Positions 57,701 through 64,000 of a stretch of DNA of 64,000 bases are shown here, in pieces; the first letter of the stretch is position 1, and every line of letters begins with the position of its first letter. The stretch covers positions 511,934,001 to 511,998,000 of the forward strand of contig CM097882.1 in the NCBI GenBank assembly GCA_044892505.1, written 5' to 3'. The notes beneath the pieces are model-generated. The model ran no database searches. It had not been told where the DNA came from and saw nothing but the letters and a program-made list of their open reading frames with translations. Made by a program: the position numbers and the translations under genes. The stretch is from Schmidtea nova (taxonomy: Eukaryota).

Positions 57701-60700
57701 TTTGATTTCAGGATATTTCTATAGGTTTTATCCGATTAAAAGTAAATTGATGATTTTTAGAATTGACGGAATTTAAAGTATAACCATCTGATTTAGGGGA
57801 ATTTCGATTGGTTTTAGTCGATTGTCATTAAATTTGATGAAAATAGTAGGGTATTAAATAATTTGAATATCAGTAATAGGGGGTGTGGTAATTAAAATAA
57901 ATAAATCACTGGCTGATATTAAATATTAGTTTATTAACTGCGGTAAAATTTTCTAATTTGTAGTATATAGCTTCATTCGGTTTTGTCAATCAAATATCTC
58001 AGTAAAATTCACTATCAGTTTTGATTCATAACATAATTACATTAAGATTCCATCAATTTAAATAAAAATTTCATTACTAACCAATCGAAATTGGGTCATT
58101 TTACATATGATGCTTTTTTTATTACGAACAACTTATCTAAAAACGAATATTTATTTTTAATATTATTCTAAGTAACGGCAAACATGTATTTGGACTATTT
58201 TACTATGAATTATTGATATAATTCTAAAATATTTGTATTTTTAATATTAACAAGCATTTTTTATTATTTTAAATATTTTTAGAAAATCATGCAAACACAT
58301 TTCTATTAATGTTTTCGTCTAATGTCTACCGCTTTCTTAAAACTTCATTCAAGTTTTATAAAAAATAAATTAAAAATAATTTAAAACTTAACAATTAATT
58401 TTTAATCTAACCAATCCATCTTAAGATCTAGCAAATTAATTAAATTTAGTTTTAAAAATTTATTCCAAGTACCGCAAAATATAATTAATTCTTAAAATTT
58501 TAATAATTTTAAAGAAATAGTTCATTAAGCAATAATTTAATTACAAAGATCAATTTTTCACTATCTACTCAATTTTATTCTAATTATCCCTATTTTTACA
58601 CATTAATATGAGTGTTTTCATTATCTTTTAAATTTTTATTCTTATTAAATTTAATTGAGGATCATTTACCTTTATCCAGAACTTAATATATGTAGTCTAA
58701 ATCCGACGAATTTATTTAAAAAGTTACTTAACTTTTCTTATAAGAATTTATAATAATTTAACGAATTATGTATTTTATTTGATTAGTACTTGCTTATTTT
58801 GTTAGTGGATAGTTAATCAGTACTTGGTTTTTGATTAAGAAGTATGTAAAGTTAATTGTCGATGATATTATTTTTATCCGAATCAACCAATCAAAATCGA
58901 GATATCAATATTTTCATTGATTCTTTTGATTTAGTACAGTGTTAAAAATTTTATTCAATATTTGTCATTTTAATCTAAGTAGTCAACTTTATCCGAAGAT
59001 TTTTATAAAATAATTTAAAACTTGTAAGATGTGTAAAATATTTTAAATATTAATTGAGAAAATCTTTGTAAATTTTTTTTCAAATAAAAATTTAATTAAT
59101 AATTTGCTTGAGTGTATTAGTAATTGATTTAATGTTTTTTTCTAAATTATTCATATTTTCACTTTAAGAAAGAATCTATTTATTTTCTTATGATAATTTA
59201 TTTCAATTTAACTTTATTAGATGTTGACCATCTAATACATGAAAATATAGTAGTACTCAGTTAATAATATTTCTAATGTGGTGGCTTTAGAGCATCAAAA
59301 ATTATGCCAGTTTGTATTAATACCCACATATTGAGAGAGTATATGCTTGAATTAATCAAGAATCTAGTTAGTTTCGTAGCTGTTTTGTTGGTATTGATTT
59401 TTAGTTATTTGATTAGTAGTTGCTTATTTAATGATTTGGTATTGGTTGATAATTGGGTATTTTATTTGTAACTGGTTATGATAATGAAAAATTAACAATT
59501 ATATAGAGTGAATTGTTGGTTTGTTGGTTGGATGGTTTAAGGTTAATGAGTAGAACTAACTGATTAATGTGAAGAACTGGTTGGTAAAGTGTAGAAATAA
59601 TTGTTTAATGTGAAGAACTACTTGACTAATGTGTACTTGGTTGCTGACTTGGCAGTTTGTATAGTGTAAATTGATAGTTTGTTGGTTGATTGGTATATGC
59701 TTTATGAGTAGAACTAGTTGGCTGATGTGTAGATCTAGTTGGTTAATTTGAAGAACTAGTTGCTTAATGTGAAAAACTAGTTGTTTAATGTGAAGAACTA
59801 GTTGGTTAGTAAGTGCTTGGTTTCTATGTGGTTAATGGACATAGAGCAAATTGTTAGTTTGTTGGTTAAATGATATAAGATTAATGTGTAGAAGTAGTTG
59901 ATTAATGAGTACTTGGTTACTTTGTTAATTGACTGGGAGCTATTAGTTTGCTATTTGAATTAAGTAGTTGTTAATTATTTAGTAGGTCTATAATTTTTGG
60001 ATTTATTGTTTAGAAAGCAATAAGTAAAGGAAGTTAAATATTTCGGATAATTTGTCGGAATAATTTAAAAATAGTTTGAAATTAAAAATTAAAATTAAAA
60101 TAAGTTTTTATTATAAAGCAGTTAAAAAATAATTAATCTTTTTAGATTTTAAATGTTAAATCCTTTATATAAATATTTTAAAGTTAGTTAAGTAATGGTA
60201 ACTAAAAATAAGTTTTTAAATTTTAAAAATATAATTAAAAAAAATAATTCGATTTGAATTTTTGATATTGAATTCTTCTAAAAAATTGTTTTGAAATTGT
60301 TTGATTCAATGCCGAAAAGTTTGTTTAAATATTAAACATTATTGTGGTATTAATAAATTTTGGAATATGAATTAAGTTCAAAGAACTTAGAAGATGTTCT
60401 CGTGACATCTAACAGTCTACAAAATACATTCATCCTATTTTCTTTGTAATTTAATAGTTATTTATTATTATTATTAAATGATTAAAAAACGTGGCAATAA
60501 TTTAATAATAGATAAACGCCAACTAATTATATTGCACATAAACGAGATGTATTTCGACCAAATAACAGTCATCTTCAGGGAAGCATCAGGATAATCAATA
60601 ATAAATAGAAAATACTAACTGTTAATACTGTTAAACGGTGCATATATAGAAAAAATTTCTACTAAAAATTCATTTTTGAAGATGTTTAAGGAGGCATTAG

Positions 60701-61899
60701 TATGTGAATAAATGAACATTGCTCGTGTCTGATTAAAAAAGAAAAGCGTGATTCAAAATGTAAAAAAGGAATAAATCAAATTGATAATTAACATTGTTCT
60801 ATTATGTATATTGCAGGGTGATCTCATATCACATAAATAATGCACTCTGAAGATTAACTGTTACATTAACTGTTACTACGCGTTTGCGGTAGGCCATCAA
60901 GTCGTATACTTCATAACTTAATCTTTCATGATCCTTGAAACTTGAATTAAGATAAAATTTTATAATAAAATATAACAAAGATTGATAATATATCCGAATG
61001 TAAGTAGATTGAAAAAAAAAAAAAAAAGTTCCAAAATTAAAAAAAATTTTATCAAGCATAAATATATCAGTTAATATATATATATATATATAATTTTAGA
61101 TATAAAAATTTTTTCTTTGCAAAAATTTTCAAAATTTTATTTTAAAGAATAAATCAAATTATTTTTTCAAATTATGTTATTTGCAAATTCACAAATATAA
61201 TAATAATAATAATATCATAATCTTCTTTTTTTCACCTTTGATCTTTTTTTTTTATTATTATCAATAATTCTCATAATGATGACTATAGATCAAAATGTTT
61301 TTTTAAACAATACCACAATATTTCGGCAGTCTTTATCAAGTGTGTATTTCAAGTGTACACACTTGATAAAGACTGCCGAAATATTGTGGTATTGTTTAAA
61401 AAAAATTTTGATCTATAGTCATCNNNNNNNNNNNNNNNNNNNNNNNNNNNNNNNNNNNNNNNNNNNNNNNNNNNNNNNNNNNNNNNNNNNNNNNNNNNNN
61501 NNNNNNNNNNNNNNNNNNNNNNNNNNNNNNNNNNNNNNNNNNNNNNNNNNNNNNNNNNNNNNNNNNNNNNNNNNNNNNNNNNNNNNNNNNNCATAGGCTT
61601 CTGTGTCGGTACTTTTAATTTGCTTTGATTTGATTGAACGAAAACGTTTCATGAGCTCAACAAATTCCTCATACTCAACAGTTCCGTTATCTGATATGAT
61701 ACGAAATAAATTAATATTAAAAATTCTGCTTGATATACTCACTATCTAAATCAGCACCCTGAATCATCTTTTGAACATCATCCTCTGTCACAGAATGTCC
61801 CAGTTTCTCAAAGGCTTCTTTCAACTCTATCATTGTAATTCGACCATCAAAATTAGCATCAACAGAATTAAAAGCTTCACGATAATCTATAAAATCCAT
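51727..61899 (-). CDS. Calmodulin-like four-EF-hand protein; exons 61899-61743, 61690-(into gap at 61591), 52143-51996, last exon uncertain (51812-51727 or 51846-51824)
   Basis: EF loops DANFDGRITMIE, DLDNNGTVEYEE (assembled across a 52-nt GT-AG intron), DHNGDDLLDFNE, DLDRDGKIDFL. Splice sites GTGAGT, ATCAG, TGTAG and GTTGG keep the frame. Confidence 0.85.
54889..58941. mobile_element. ~4-kb foldback element with long TIRs, in the calmodulin-like intron
   Basis: CACTGTACTAAATC... at 54889 and its reverse complement ending at 58941. Arms are highly similar for several hundred bp and recognisable for ~1 kb, with further nested inverted segments inward. No ORF. Confidence 0.85.
59480..59930. 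repeat. Degenerate ~20-bp tandem repeat (TTAATGTGAAGAACTAGTTGG-like), GT-biased
   Basis: Motif AATGTGAAGAACTA(G)TTG recurs many times with variation. Confidence 0.65.
61278..61423. repeat. Near-perfect 146-bp palindrome abutting an assembly gap
   Basis: GATGACTATAGATCAAAA...CAAGTGTGTA | TTTCAAGTG | TACACACTTG...TTTTGATCTATAGTCATC. Confidence 0.9.
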
Positions 61900-62611
61900 C
61901 CGGAAATGTATTTGTTGTCGTAAATTATAAAAGAAATGGTAAATAAATTTTTATGAGATGCAGATTTTGTACCGAATGATTGATGGAAAGCAAAAGCTAC
62001 CCCAAGAGAAATTATGACCACATAACAAAGCGCTATTCCAAAGATAAAATTAAAATAAAATAAATACCGTATAATTAAGATGGAAGGGTGCCTATTTCAA
62101 CCAGCAAAATATTGCGATTTGTTTTAATGATAAATGTAATCACAGAAATGTATTGACCTCAAATCATACCACACGTAGCATGGCCAATGAATTGCTTCAA
62201 GGGGTTACAGAATCCGAAACTAGATTATATTAATAATTGTTTTTGATTGAGTTTAAAAATTTCATTGTCCCTAGGTTGCAGTGACAGTTGAAGATCTTTA
62301 ATTTATTATACAATGAATCATTAAAAGAACAAAAAATTGCAGGAAAATATAATTCATTTGTGAATGAATAGACCACATAAAAAGGAGCAATTAAAAAAAT
62401 TGACTAAAAAGTATTTATAAAGCAAATAATAATAAAAGTGCAACAAAAACGTACAAAAAGTAAATGCTACTTCAGTCATTTTCAATGAATAAAACCATTT
62501 TAATAGATTAATTGCGTGTTGTACTGAGCATGTAATTCAAATATAATTATATCTATAATAAAGTAAAACTTTTAATCATAACTATATTTACTAACATTAT
62601 GCTAGATTTTA

Positions 62612-62772
62612 AATAATTAACAAATAACAAAATATGCCTTTGCTGCAAATTTTTATTAGGTGAAAATTTTCGATTATAAAATAATCGTTATCAATAAAGA
62701 TTATTTTATAATAAAAAAATTTCACCTAACAAAACTTTGCAGCAAAGGTTTATTTTGTTTTTTTAATTATAT
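62612..62772. repeat. ~160-bp imperfect palindrome (MITE-like)
   Basis: CCTTTGCTGCAAATTTTATTAGGTGAAA ... TTTCACCTAACAAAACTTTGCAGCAAAGG, with an inner TTATAAAATAATC/GATTATTTTATAA pair. Confidence 0.8.
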
Positions 62773-62783
62773 AATATTTAATT

Positions 62784-64000
62784 AGTAGAAGGAAGTGTGG
62801 ACGGGGGAACAAAGACATATGACGTCATCGTATGTTTGCATCCAATCAAAATCAAGTGACCCCCCGGGGGTACTTTTTTTTTGCGACCCCCTTCCCAAAA
62901 AAACTTTTACACACACAAACGATGAGTCATAAATTTTTAAAGGACAATTTAACGTCAATTTTTAAGGACACTTTGGGGTCAATTTTTAGGTCACTTTAAG
63001 GACAAGTTAAGGTCAAGCTCATCATGAGGTCAAGGTCATGCTAAGGTCAATTTTTAAAAATTTTCAAAAATTTTTCCTAAAACAAAAAAAACTTAAAATT
63101 TTTTTAAAAAACATAAAATTTTACAAAACATTTGTCAAAAACACCAAGTGAGAATTTATCAACATTTATTAATAAATACACACATACACACACATATATA
63201 TATATATGACAACAATGTTATTCCATCTATGCAATTCTTGCGCTTTTTATCTTCCAAATTGGAGACATTGATTATTTTGGATCGATTTTATATCCTTGGA
63301 TGGATATATCAATAAACCAATTTTCATTATCCGTATATTCAACTGATTGAAATGAATCATCAAATTCGGTGTTGCTGTTGTTGATGAATATTGTTTCATT
63401 GCAAGATAATTTCTTGTTGATTTTCGTCAACACTTTATTGATTGCAACAACATCTTCTTTATAAATCTGACCAATTAAGTTGAAATATTGCAAGGTTTTT
63501 TATAAGGTATTTTTTCTTAAAACGTACCGAGTTATAGAAGATGTTTTGTAGTTAAAATTATTTTTTATAAAATGTTGATGCTGAATATTTATTGAAAATA
63601 ATAATGGAAAATAATTTTNNNNNNNNNNNNNNNNNNNNNNNNNNNNNNNNNNNNNNNNNNNNNNNNNNNNNNNNNNNNNNNNNNNNNNNNNNNNNNNNNN
63701 NNNNNNNNNNNNNNNNNNNNNNNNNNNNNNNNNNNNNNNNNNNNNNNNNNNNNNNNNNNNNNNNNNNNNNNNNNNNNNTTGCGATAGACAATAAAATTGC
63801 GATAGATATGTAAATAACTTACAATATATATAGAAAGAAATTGCAGTAGATAATCATTAACATGCATACAAAGTCAATTATTAATACATATCCAATCGAT
63901 TAGCAAGACATGTGCAATTAATTTACAAGACATGTGCAAGAATCTGATTGGCTACACACAGACGATGACGAGTACAAATAAGAAAACAAAAATAGTATTG
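62784..64000. mobile_element. Probable Polinton/Maverick terminal region
   Basis: Begins AGTAG. GC-rich CCCCCCGGGG block and repeated AAGGTCAA/AAGGACA motifs typical of Polinton TIRs. A small orphan minus-strand ORF follows (63272-63493). No polB or integrase is visible. Confidence 0.45.

Overview
AT-rich, repeat-dense eukaryotic scaffold segment with four N gaps (12632-12806, 52241-52427, 61424-61591, 63619-63778). The ~50-nt intron and TE repertoire suggest an invertebrate, possibly a flatworm, but the host cannot be determined from this window. (1) 1-17387: a >17-kb element bounded by a direct repeat (1-180 matches 17208-17387 exactly and ends in CCAACA). It is best read as a minus-strand LTR element with a 614-bp LTR, a PBS-like site and a long leader. 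It carries seven same-strand ORFs: an IAP-type RING protein, a 1036-aa ubiquitin-like/retropepsin/ankyrin/FN3-like fusion, a Q/N/T-rich ORF, three coiled-coil ORFs and a type-I membrane protein. No RT, RNase H or integrase is visible. Six of the seven ORFs have a YAG splice acceptor 0-15 nt upstream of the ATG. This is the most interesting system in the window. (2) 19-51 kb: a pile-up of broken TEs, comprising three hAT elements with TIRs/TSDs, a further hAT remnant, a Penelope-like element, a Helitron, a piggyBac carrying orphan ORFs, a truncated Gypsy (LTR-gag-pro), a mariner remnant and MITEs. (3) 51.7-61.9 kb: one host gene, a four-EF-hand calmodulin-like gene on the minus strand, whose long intron holds a 4-kb foldback element. 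(4) 62.8 kb to the end: a probable Polinton/Maverick terminus. No rRNA, tRNA or CRISPR array is supported.
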